Origin: an uncultured Candidatus Saccharibacteria bacterium
Lineage (GTDB): Bacteria; Patescibacteriota; Minisyncoccia; Phycocordibacterales; UBA918
Assembly (NCBI GenBank): GCA_964593375.1
Contig: CAZQIF010000003.1
Location: 11,210 to 75,209 of the forward strand
Direction of reading: 5' to 3'
DNA: 64,000 nt
In this document: positions 9,226 to 17,555 of the stretch, one piece after another
Layout of the letters: each line of letters begins with the position of its first letter
Numbering within the stretch: position 1 is the stretch's first letter
Notes under the pieces: generated by a model
The model's input: the letters and a program-made list of their open reading frames with translations, nothing else
The model's database searches: none
What the model was told of the DNA's origin: nothing
Position numbers and translations under genes: made by a program

Positions 9226-10197
9226 ATGGCCAAGAAAATGAAAGAAAAACAACTCGTTATCTACCAGACAAAGTCGGGTGCTCTTGAGTTGCGTGGTGAT
9301 GTCGAGAAAGAGACTCTGTGGGCAACGCAGACACAGATTGCAGAGGTGTTTCAGTCAGAACGCTCAGTTATTACAAAACATATAAGAAACATTCTAAAGG
9401 ACGGAGAACTTGAGGAAAATTCAGTATGTGCAAATTTTGCACATACTGCCGAGGATGGAAAAGTATACCAAGTAAGGTTCTATAATTTGGATGTAATTCT
9501 TGCGGTTGGTTATAGAACAAATTCAAAAAAAGCTGTTGAATTTCGCCAGTGGGCAACGAAGACACTCCGCGAACACATCACCAAAGGTTATACCATCAAC
9601 CGCAAGCGCATTGCTCAAAATTATGATGCACTCATGAAGGATGTTGAGGGTATACAAAATCTTTTACCTGAACACGTTACACTCGACCCTAAAATAGTCC
9701 TTGAACTCATCAAGGAGTTTGCTTCGACATGGGTGTCGCTCGATGCATACGATAAAGAGTCTCTGGAACTCAAAGGAATTACCAAAAAGCGAGTAACACT
9801 CGTGAGTGCTGATCTTCATACTGCGATTATGGATCTTAAGAAAGAGCTCATGCGAAAGGGCGAGGCAACTGATATGTTTGCGTCCGAGCGTAAGGCAGGG
9901 AACATTGAAGGAATTGTTGGTAACGTGATGCAGTCATTTGGCGGAAAGCCCATGTACGCAACTGTCGAAGAAAAAGCGGCACATCTTCTCTATTTCATGG
10001 TTAAAAATCACCCATTCACTGACGGCAATAAACGTTCAGGTGCTTTTGCGTTTGTGTGGTTCCTCAGAAAAGCCGGCGTGAAGGGAAGTAGAAATATTAA
10101 TCCCGTAGCGCTTACGGCACTCACCCTTCTTATTGCTGAAAGTGACGCACAGAAAAAAGATCAAATGGTTGCACTCATCACGCACATGTTGCGGTAG
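9226..10197 (+). CDS. RhuM-family N-terminal domain fused to a Doc/Fic-family domain
   Basis: N-terminus resembles RhuM (VILAVGYRTNSKKAVEFRQWATKTLREHITKGY). C-terminal HPFTDGNKRSG matches the Doc-type HxFx(D/N)(A/G)NKR Fic motif. Confidence 0.75.
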   Translation: MAKKMKEKQLVIYQTKSGALELRGDVEKETLWATQTQIAEVFQSERSVITKHIRNILKDGELEENSVCANFAHTAEDGKVYQVRFYNLDVILAVGYRTNSKKAVEFRQWATKTLREHITKGYTINRKRIAQNYDALMKDVEGIQNLLPEHVTLDPKIVLELIKEFASTWVSLDAYDKESLELKGITKKRVTLVSADLHTAIMDLKKELMRKGEATDMFASERKAGNIEGIVGNVMQSFGGKPMYATVEEKAAHLLYFMVKNHPFTDGNKRSGAFAFVWFLRKAGVKGSRNINPVALTALTLLIAESDAQKKDQMVALITHMLR

Positions 10198-10216
10198 TTT
10201 TTCGTGGCCTGTTGGA

Positions 10217-13200
10217 TTATTCAGGAGATTTTTCTTCTGTACCACCAAGCGCTTTTACCTTCTCAAGCGCAATTGTTGGCTCTTCATTTCTGATTGAGAG
10301 GCGGCCTTTCACGGCGACGCAGGTGCCGGGGATGAGGAGATTTTGGTGCGCGCGATACGTTTCAGGGAATGCGACGAGTTCAACGGTGTCGGTATAGTCA
10401 CCGAGCTGAACGAAGGCCATTTTCTCTCCCTTTTTTGTGAGTAGCTCACGTACGGTTTCAATCATACCAGCGGTCACAACCGGAATGCCGTTTCGGCTGT
10501 CTCGTTTGATGCTTGTAATCGTTGAGCGTTTTGCAAGTTCTTCTGCATACTCATCGAGCGGGTGTCCGGAAACATATACGCCAAGAAGTTCTTTTTCCCA
10601 CGTGAGTTTTTCGATTTTGGTGGCCAGAGGAGCTTCGGCGAGAGTCACTTCGTGGAATGCGACATCGGGAACAAGTCCAAAGAGTGAGTCTTGAGAGGAT
10701 TCTTTGCTTGATGCGTGTTCTTTGTGGTACGCGAGGAGGACGTCAATATTTGCGAGCATTCTTCCACGATCTTCAAATCGGTCGAAGGCCCCCGACATGA
10801 TGAGTGCCTCGAGTGACTTTTTATTTAAATTTCTATTTGTGATTCTCTTGAGGAAATCTGAGAGCGATGCAAATGGTCCGTTAGTCTTACGCTCTTCGAT
10901 TATGGCTTCGGAAATGCCTTCGCCAAAATTCTTGATTGTGGTCAGCCCAAACCTGATTTTCGCGGGCACGTCGTGCCCCAGGGTACTCTCTCTGCCTTCG
11001 GCATTCACCTTGTCGTGCGCCGGAACAACTGAGAAGGGCCCGAAGCTCTCATTTATGTCAGGTGGTAACACCTCAATCTGCATGTGCTCACACTCGTGAA
11101 TAATTTCCGAAATTTTTTCGGTGTCGCCGGCGTCTGCGGTGAGTACTGCAGACATATACTCGACCGGATAGTTCGCCTTCATGTATGCGGTCTGGTATGC
11201 GACGCGACCATAGCTCGCGGCGTGTGCCTTGTTGAATCCGTAGGCGGCAAATGGCTCGATGAGTTTCCAAAGTTTTTCAGCAAGCATGGGGGAGAGCTTT
11301 CCAAATTCAGTAAAGCCCCTCAGAAGCTTTTCTTTTTCTGCTTCCATAACCGCGGGAATTTTCTTTCCCATTGCTTTGCGGAGCATGTCGGCTTCGAGCC
11401 ATGAGTAGCCCGCGAGCTCGCGCGCAATCATCATGACGTCATCTTGGTATGTGATGACACCATAGGAACGCTCGAGTACTTTTTCAAGGCGTGGATCAAG
11501 ATACGCAATGAGTTTCGCATTGTGTTTGCGTTCAATGTACTGTGGAATCGATTCCATTGGCCCCGGGCGATAGAGGGCCACCATCGCGTTGATGTCGTGA
11601 ATCGAAGTCGGGCGTAGTTGCTTGAGAAATGCGGTCATACCGGAACCGTTCAATTGGAAGAGACCCATGGTTTCGCCGCGTGCGAGCATCTCAAAAGTTT
11701 TTTTATCGTCGAGTGGAATATTTTCAATATCGATTTCAACTTTGTGAATGACACGCACGCGGCGCACTGCCTCTGCAAGAATAGAGAGGTTTTTAATACC
11801 GAGAAAATCGAACTTGAGAAGCCCCACACCGTCTTCACCAACGGAGTGCATTTCATACTGCGTGATGAGTTTGCCGGTTTTCGGGTCGGGCTGGAGTGGT
11901 ACAAACTCCGTGAGTGGTCGCGGTGCAATCACGACACCCGCTGCGTGCACACCCACATGGCGCACACGTCCTTCAATTTGTTTCGCGAGGTCAATGACCT
12001 GCTTGGTGTCAGGATCTTTTTTGTAGAGGTCCATGAGGTCGGGTTCAATATCCATCGCATGCGTGATGGTCATTGGAAATCCTTGGCTTCCCATCGGAAT
12101 GAGTTTTGCAATGCGGTCGCCGGTTGAATATGGATGACCGAGGGCGCGCGCGACGTCACGTACCGCAGCGCGCGCCATCATGGTTCCAAAGGTACCTATT
12201 TGTGCAACATGGTCTTGGCCATATTTCGCGCGCGCATAGTCGATGATTTCGTCACGGCGGTTGTCGGCATAGTCCATGTCGATATCGGGAGCGGATGGTC
12301 GTTCAGGATTAAGAAAACGTTCGAAGGGAAGTTTGTACTCGAGTGGATTTACATTGGTAATACCGAGCACGTAGGTTGTGAGTGAACCCGCGACCGAACC
12401 TCGAATGGTGGTGAGAATTTTTCGTTCGCGTGCTTCACGAATGAGGTCACCCACGACGAGAAAGTATTTTGCATAACCCTTCATCTTGATGACTGAAAGT
12501 TCGTAGTCGAGGCGCTCTTTCACAATAGGGTCTTCGAGCGTGAGACCGCGCCACGCCACACCCTCATACGCAGTATGGTGGAGTTCATCATCAGGTTCAC
12601 GCTTGCTCTCAATTTTGTAGTCGGGGAAATACCAGTTTTTTCCGGGTGACATCGTGACGGTGCATGCTTCGGCAATTCTGACCGTATTTGCGAGAGCCTC
12701 GGGGGTATCTTTAAAAAGTTCTTTGGCAGTTTCCTGTGAAATAAAAGAAAAGTTTGGGGCAAGTTCACCACTATCATCAGTGGTGTCGAGAATACCACCG
12801 TGCTGAATTTTGAGCATTGCTTCACGCGCGAGGTGGTCGGTTTTATTTAGGTAGTAGACATCATGCGCCGCAACAAGTGGTGTTCCTGAACGTTTTCCGA
12901 GCGCAATAATTTTTTCTTGGAGTGCCTCATGTTCCTGAATTTCTGGATGATGGGTGACCTCGAGGTAACAGTGTTCACCAAAAACGCTCTTGTACCAGTC
13001 GAGACTTGCTCCAGCTTTTTCCGCATCTCCGTCTTTGAGTGCAAGCACTGGTTCACCACTAAATGAAGGGATGATGCAGACGAGATTTTTTCCAAATTCT
13101 GCGAGGAGATCATGGTCGATGCGTGGTCGGTAATAGAATCCATTCACGTATGATTCGGTCACCATCTTGATGAGGTTCACGTACCCATCATTATTTTGTG

Positions 13201-13510
13201 CAAGAAGCACGACACGACCACGAGGCTTATCAATACCAGAGTCTTTGTCGTTCCGCGTGCGTGGTGCGAGATATGCATCGATGCCGATGATTGGTTTTAT
13301 ACCTTCCTTGGTGCAGGCTTTATAAAAATCGATGGCACCATAGAGGGCACCGTTATCGGTAAGCGCAAGAGCGGGCATACCAAACTCTTTTGCTTTTTGT
13401 GCAAGTTCTTTTGGCTTAGGAATCGCACTCAGAAGTGAGTAATGCGAATGAGTATGCAAGTGAATAAAATCGGCACTGAGTTCCTGTCTATCTGGCATAG
13501 TAAAATTCAT
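10217..13510 (-). CDS. dnaE: DNA polymerase III alpha subunit
   Basis: PHP domain (FIHLHTHSHYSLL), polymerase core and OB fold; 1097 aa. Confidence 0.92.
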   Translation of the reverse strand: MNFTMPDRQELSADFIHLHTHSHYSLLSAIPKPKELAQKAKEFGMPALALTDNGALYGAIDFYKACTKEGIKPIIGIDAYLAPRTRNDKDSGIDKPRGRVVLLAQNNDGYVNLIKMVTESYVNGFYYRPRIDHDLLAEFGKNLVCIIPSFSGEPVLALKDGDAEKAGASLDWYKSVFGEHCYLEVTHHPEIQEHEALQEKIIALGKRSGTPLVAAHDVYYLNKTDHLAREAMLKIQHGGILDTTDDSGELAPNFSFISQETAKELFKDTPEALANTVRIAEACTVTMSPGKNWYFPDYKIESKREPDDELHHTAYEGVAWRGLTLEDPIVKERLDYELSVIKMKGYAKYFLVVGDLIREARERKILTTIRGSVAGSLTTYVLGITNVNPLEYKLPFERFLNPERPSAPDIDMDYADNRRDEIIDYARAKYGQDHVAQIGTFGTMMARAAVRDVARALGHPYSTGDRIAKLIPMGSQGFPMTITHAMDIEPDLMDLYKKDPDTKQVIDLAKQIEGRVRHVGVHAAGVVIAPRPLTEFVPLQPDPKTGKLITQYEMHSVGEDGVGLLKFDFLGIKNLSILAEAVRRVRVIHKVEIDIENIPLDDKKTFEMLARGETMGLFQLNGSGMTAFLKQLRPTSIHDINAMVALYRPGPMESIPQYIERKHNAKLIAYLDPRLEKVLERSYGVITYQDDVMMIARELAGYSWLEADMLRKAMGKKIPAVMEAEKEKLLRGFTEFGKLSPMLAEKLWKLIEPFAAYGFNKAHAASYGRVAYQTAYMKANYPVEYMSAVLTADAGDTEKISEIIHECEHMQIEVLPPDINESFGPFSVVPAHDKVNAEGRESTLGHDVPAKIRFGLTTIKNFGEGISEAIIEERKTNGPFASLSDFLKRITNRNLNKKSLEALIMSGAFDRFEDRGRMLANIDVLLAYHKEHASSKESSQDSLFGLVPDVAFHEVTLAEAPLATKIEKLTWEKELLGVYVSGHPLDEYAEELAKRSTITSIKRDSRNGIPVVTAGMIETVRELLTKKGEKMAFVQLGDYTDTVELVAFPETYRAHQNLLIPGTCVAVKGRLSIRNEEPTIALEKVKALGGTEEKSPE

Positions 13511-13524
13511 TGTATAGTATGTAG

Positions 13525-14157
13525 GTGAAAAAGAAAATTGACCGAAAAATTACTCATGTCATAGGAATAGATGAGGCAGGCCGAGGCCCATTAGCTGGTC
13601 CTGTTGCGGTCGGTGTCGCCATCGTGCCGGTCGATTTTGACTTTGAACGTATTCCTGGTGTTGGGGATTCGAAGAAGGTATCGGCGAAAAATCGCGAAGC
13701 GATTTTTCGCCGTGCCAAACTCCTCAAAAAACAAGGTGTTTTAGACTACGCAGTTGCACTTATTTCGGCAAAAATAATCGATAATATTGGCATTTCAAAA
13801 GCGGTACAGAAGGGAATTGAGACATGTCTCAGTTCCCTTCGACCAAATCCAAAATTGGTTGAAGTGAAGCTCGATGGACTCCTCAAAGCACCCACTGAAT
13901 TTACGGAGCAAGAGACCATCATTAAAGGTGACGCAAAAGAAAAGGTTATCGGTCTTGCCTCAATTCTGGCGAAAGTGACTCGAGACGCTCACATGTGCAA
14001 AATGGCAGAAAAGTACCCAACATATGCATTTGAGGTCCATAAAGGCTACGGAACAGCCCTCCATAGGGCTAAAATACGCCAAAATGGGCCCTCTAAGGCC
14101 CATCGCAGGTCTTTTGTGAGGAAAGTACTCAAAGGCACAAAGTACGAGGAAAAATAG
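13525..14157 (+). CDS. rnhB: ribonuclease HII
   Basis: GIDEAGRGPLAGPV active-site motif; GTG start; only 14 bp from the divergent dnaE start. Confidence 0.85.
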   Translation: MKKKIDRKITHVIGIDEAGRGPLAGPVAVGVAIVPVDFDFERIPGVGDSKKVSAKNREAIFRRAKLLKKQGVLDYAVALISAKIIDNIGISKAVQKGIETCLSSLRPNPKLVEVKLDGLLKAPTEFTEQETIIKGDAKEKVIGLASILAKVTRDAHMCKMAEKYPTYAFEVHKGYGTALHRAKIRQNGPSKAHRRSFVRKVLKGTKYEEK

Positions 14158-14384
14158 GGGATTTCACTTTTTGACACCATAGGGAGATGTTTTAACTAGT
14201 TTTTGCCACAGAATTTCGTGAATCTTTGATTCACGAAATGAGTGGGGCTTATTTTTTAGCAGGCGCGGAGGCGCCTTCTTTAGCTAGAATAAATCCCTGG
14301 TCCTGTGCTTTTGCACAGGGATTTCTACAAAGAAGATTGCCAATTGCATAAATTCTAGATATTTGCTATAGTTCTGCCCACTAT

Positions 14385-14750
14385 ATGGTTATACGAATGC
14401 GACATACGCGGTCCCACACCGGAAACCGCCGATCACATCACGCGCTCAAGGCGCCAACACTTTCGAAGTGTACACACTGTGGAGCGACTCATCGTCCTCA
14501 TCACATGTGTCTTGAATGTGGTTATTACAATGGACGACAGGTAATGGATTTGACTGCACAGAAAGCCAAGCGCGATGCACGCATCAAAGAAAAGGAGGAG
14601 CGTATCCGCGTCGAATCAACAGGAGGTGCAACCCCAGCACAATCAGCCGAAACTAAGGAAGCGGTCAGTACCGAAAACGAATCAAAGAAAGCAAAAGAAA
14701 AAAACAAGGAGGGGAAGCCGAAGCCAGAACCAAAGTCATCTCAGATTTAG
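14385..14750 (+). CDS. rpmF: 50S ribosomal protein L32 with a long Lys/Glu-rich C-terminal extension
   Basis: RRSHHALKAPTLS and a CxxC...CxxC zinc ribbon; the true start may be the internal Met at 14397. Confidence 0.75.
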   Translation: MVIRMRHTRSHTGNRRSHHALKAPTLSKCTHCGATHRPHHMCLECGYYNGRQVMDLTAQKAKRDARIKEKEERIRVESTGGATPAQSAETKEAVSTENESKKAKEKNKEGKPKPEPKSSQI

Positions 14751-14760
14751 GAATCCACAT

Positions 14761-14790
14761 AGAAATCCCCGCAGAGCGGGGATTTCTCGT
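14761..14790 (+). terminator. hairpin after rpmF
   Basis: AAATCCCCGC agag GCGGGGATTT. Confidence 0.4.
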
Positions 14791-14838
14791 AGTAATTCTG
14801 ATACACTAGACGCAGGACGAAGTTAGTTCATTATTTTC

Positions 14839-15735
14839 ATGGCAAATAGGCATCTATCAAGATCAATTGTTCTTCAATCACTCTTTGAGTGGGATTTAAA
14901 TGGTGTAGAAAAAAGCCAAGTACGTGAAGTACTTGGTAGAAATGTCGATGAGTTCGCGCCCAATAAGGCAGACTCACCGTTCATGGAAAAACTCCTCGAC
15001 GGTATTTTACAAAAACAACCAGAGCTCGACTTAATTATTGAAAAGGCCGCACCTGAGTGGCCGATTGATCGTATCTCACCGGTAGACAGAAATATTCTTC
15101 GTCTCGGGCTTTTTGAGCTTCTTTTTTCAGACCGAAGCGAAGTTCCTGCAAAGGTTGCAATTAACGAAGCAATCGAACTCGCTAAACAGTTTGGTGGAGA
15201 AAATTCAAGTAAATTCATAAATGGTGTCCTTGGCGCAGTCTATAAGGAGATTGGTGAACCGGGGAAGGAAGAAGTTTCGAAGCGAAAGAAAAAAGATGTC
15301 CCGTATGAAGAAATGCCAATCGAGCGCCTCGCAGGTGCGGTAGTGTATGCGGAGCATGAGGGTGATATTTACCTCGCACTCGTGCATGATATTTTTGGTC
15401 ACTGGACGCTTTCAAAAGGTGGCATTGAAGCAACTGAGGAACTGAAAGTGGGCGCCACACGAAAGATAAAAGAGGAAATTGGTCTCGAGATTGTCGTTGA
15501 TGCAGAGCTCGGACAGAATGAGTACATTGCATCACAGCCAGAAGTTGGAAAGGTTCGCAAGCAGGTTTCATATGTACTCGCAAAAGCACCGTTCCAAGAA
15601 CTCACACTCGAGAAAAAAGGTGGTCTCGATGCGGCACAGTGGTTCCGTGTGGCGGATATTTTGGAGTTGAATTTTTATGAAGATATATTACCTATCGTCA
15701 CGAAAGCCGTCACCATGTTAGTTTCAAGGAAATAG
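14839..15735 (+). CDS. nusB: transcription antitermination factor NusB fused to a C-terminal Nudix hydrolase domain
   Basis: The 15-mer VPAKVAINEAIELAK and flanking NusB fold at the N-terminus; K-rich linker; Nudix box GGIEATEELKVGATRKIKEEIGL with RE replaced by RK. Confidence 0.75.
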   Translation: MANRHLSRSIVLQSLFEWDLNGVEKSQVREVLGRNVDEFAPNKADSPFMEKLLDGILQKQPELDLIIEKAAPEWPIDRISPVDRNILRLGLFELLFSDRSEVPAKVAINEAIELAKQFGGENSSKFINGVLGAVYKEIGEPGKEEVSKRKKKDVPYEEMPIERLAGAVVYAEHEGDIYLALVHDIFGHWTLSKGGIEATEELKVGATRKIKEEIGLEIVVDAELGQNEYIASQPEVGKVRKQVSYVLAKAPFQELTLEKKGGLDAAQWFRVADILELNFYEDILPIVTKAVTMLVSRK

Positions 15736-15841
15736 GACAATTACTTTGATCTCTTCTGGTACTCTACGAAGCGTTTGATTATGGCGTCTTCACAAAGCAT
15801 TAGGAAAAGCATTGTGAAGACGGACTCGGAAAATATAATCG
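15736..15841 (-). repeat. intergenic repeat family 1, copy E (hairpin element abutting the nusB-Nudix stop)
   Basis: Reverse complement reads TATATTTTCCGAGTCCGTC, stem GTCTTCACAATGC...GCTTTGTGAAGAC, then GCCATAATCAAACGCTT; collinear with copies A and D. Confidence 0.55.
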
Positions 15842-16078
15842 CTAGCGCTCATTATTTTCCGGCCACGCCTCAGCCTCAGTTCCTCGTGCGCCTCGCATCT
15901 TTCGCAATTCTAGCAATTTTCAAGTATTGCAAGATTGTTTCTACACTTAGTTTCACCTTTTTTATATTCCATAACCTATATTCATTATTCAATATCCCAT
16001 ATCCTATATTCCATATTCAATATCATATATTTTTACCTTTTCATTTTTAATTTTTAAATTTTGTGTTAGTCTAGCGCC

Positions 16079-16789
16079 ATGACCGATATGAGCGACATCG
16101 AACAATCTCTTACAAATCTCCAAAAAAAGCTTGGGGTGACCTTTGTTGACCCTCAGCATCTCCTCACGGCGATTACACACCGTTCCTATTTAAATGAGCA
16201 CCGCGAGGCAAAACAAGACCACAATGAACGTTATGAGTTTTTGGGTGACGCCGTACTTGAACTCGTGGTGACTGATTTCCTTTTTCAAAAATACCCAGAG
16301 AAACCCGAGGGTGAACTCACTGCCGTTCGTGCTGCGCTCGTGAACACTATTTCAATTTCTGAAGCCGGAGTGCGTCTTGGCATCAATGATTTCCTCCTCC
16401 TTTCAAAAGGTGAGGAGCGCGATACGGGACGGGCGCGCCAGTACATTCTCGCAAATGCCTTCGAGGCTATCATCGGAGCAATCTATCTCGATCAGGGATA
16501 CGAATCTGCAAAAAACTTTATTGGCGATGAGCTTTTCGATCTCACCGATACCATTGTTGCAAAGCGCTTGTGGCAAGATGCAAAGAGTCGCTTTCAGGAA
16601 CTTGCGCAAGAGCATACAAATATCACGCCGAGTTACGACATGATAAGTCAGGTTGGCCCCGATCATGACCGTGTCTTCACGGTTGGCGTCTTCTTAGGGA
16701 GTGAAAAAATTGGAGAAGGAAAGGGCCGTTCAAAACAAGAGGCTGAACAAGAGGCAGCCCTGAAAGCAATTGAAGCGAGAAATTGGTGA
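16079..16789 (+). CDS. rnc: ribonuclease III
   Basis: ERYEFLGDAVLELVV signature and dsRBD. Confidence 0.88.
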   Translation: MTDMSDIEQSLTNLQKKLGVTFVDPQHLLTAITHRSYLNEHREAKQDHNERYEFLGDAVLELVVTDFLFQKYPEKPEGELTAVRAALVNTISISEAGVRLGINDFLLLSKGEERDTGRARQYILANAFEAIIGAIYLDQGYESAKNFIGDELFDLTDTIVAKRLWQDAKSRFQELAQEHTNITPSYDMISQVGPDHDRVFTVGVFLGSEKIGEGKGRSKQEAEQEAALKAIEARNW

Positions 16790-16866
16790 CCAGAAATTAA
16801 GGAATGTAATGACTATAATTTCTGAGTCCGTCGACACGTGCTTTCCCTATGCTTCGTGTCGACGCC
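16790..16866 (+). repeat. intergenic repeat family 1, copy A (starts at the base after the rnc stop)
   Basis: CCAGAAATTAAGGAATGTAATGACTATAATTTCTGAGTCCGTC, then stem GTCGACACG...CGTGTCGAC, then GCCGTAGTCAAACGCTT; a partial second copy lies at 16901 to 16934. Confidence 0.6.
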
Positions 16867-16998
16867 GTAGTCAAACGCTTTGTCAGGTAATGATTAGGTG
16901 ATTTCTGAGTCCATGGCCTAGAAGTTAAAGAGCGCAAGCGTAGGCGATTTCACCAGTATAGGGCATCGATGTTTATAGACTCATGGTAAAATACAGCC

Positions 16999-17544
16999 AT
17001 GAGATTTTTTAATAATACACAAAAGCACAAAGGTTTTACGATGATAGAGGTTGTAGTCGCCGTTGCTATTATTGCTCTGCTTGCTTCAGTTGTTATTCTG
17101 AGCATTCAGGAAATTAAAAAGAAGTCTCGTGACGCACAGCGATATTCTGATATGTCTAATATAGAACTTGCCCTTCGGTTATATAAAGATAGTAACGGAG
17201 AGTATCCTACGACGAATAATGAACAAAGGTCTGTCTGCACAAATGGAACGGATCCAACAGCACGAGATATCACAGGTCCTAATGGATATATACCTAATTT
17301 GGCCCCCACGTATCTTCCGGTCCTTCCAGTTGACCCCAGTAATTGCAACGATTCAGGGTCAGTGCATGGATACTTTTACAGATCAAATGGGACAGATTAC
17401 AAATTTGCTATTGATTTTGCTGCAGAGAAAGGTTCTGAATGCGAACCTGGGAAGAAGTTTGATGACCCATACCCAGGTCGTGATGCGGGAACTGGAGAAC
17501 TCTGGTTCTGCTCAATTTTCTCACCAGGTGCGGCAAATTGGTAG
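16999..17544 (+). CDS. type IV pilin / pseudopilin (prepilin-type N-terminal methylation domain)
   Basis: Leader MRFFNNTQKHKG then FTMIEVVVAVAIIALLASVVI. Confidence 0.75.
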   Translation: MRFFNNTQKHKGFTMIEVVVAVAIIALLASVVILSIQEIKKKSRDAQRYSDMSNIELALRLYKDSNGEYPTTNNEQRSVCTNGTDPTARDITGPNGYIPNLAPTYLPVLPVDPSNCNDSGSVHGYFYRSNGTDYKFAIDFAAEKGSECEPGKKFDDPYPGRDAGTGELWFCSIFSPGAANW

Positions 17545-17555
17545 TTTTTATTTCA

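Noticed and set aside
10437-13143. Multiple 60 to 170-aa ORFs inside and antisense to dnaE
   Set aside because: They lie within a very well-supported 1097-aa dnaE reading frame and carry no independent signals.
14158-14384. Three consecutive hairpins between rnhB and rpmF as a possible SRP RNA or 6S RNA
   Set aside because: No SRP domain IV (GGAA tetraloop context) or 6S-like central bubble could be recognised. This is more likely a set of terminator and leader structures. Left as unresolved rather than called.
15775-16050. 91-aa plus-strand ORF upstream of rnc
   Set aside because: The second half is a translation of the AT-rich ATATCCTATATTC repeat island and the first half overlaps repeat copy E. 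There is no protein-like composition.
16808-16910. Mini-ORFs starting MTIISESVD inside repeat copies A and C
   Set aside because: The reading frame is not conserved in copies D, E and F, and the hairpin stems show base-pair-preserving rather than codon-preserving changes, so a non-coding role is favoured. Noted inside finding 1 in case the A/C subfamily is translated.
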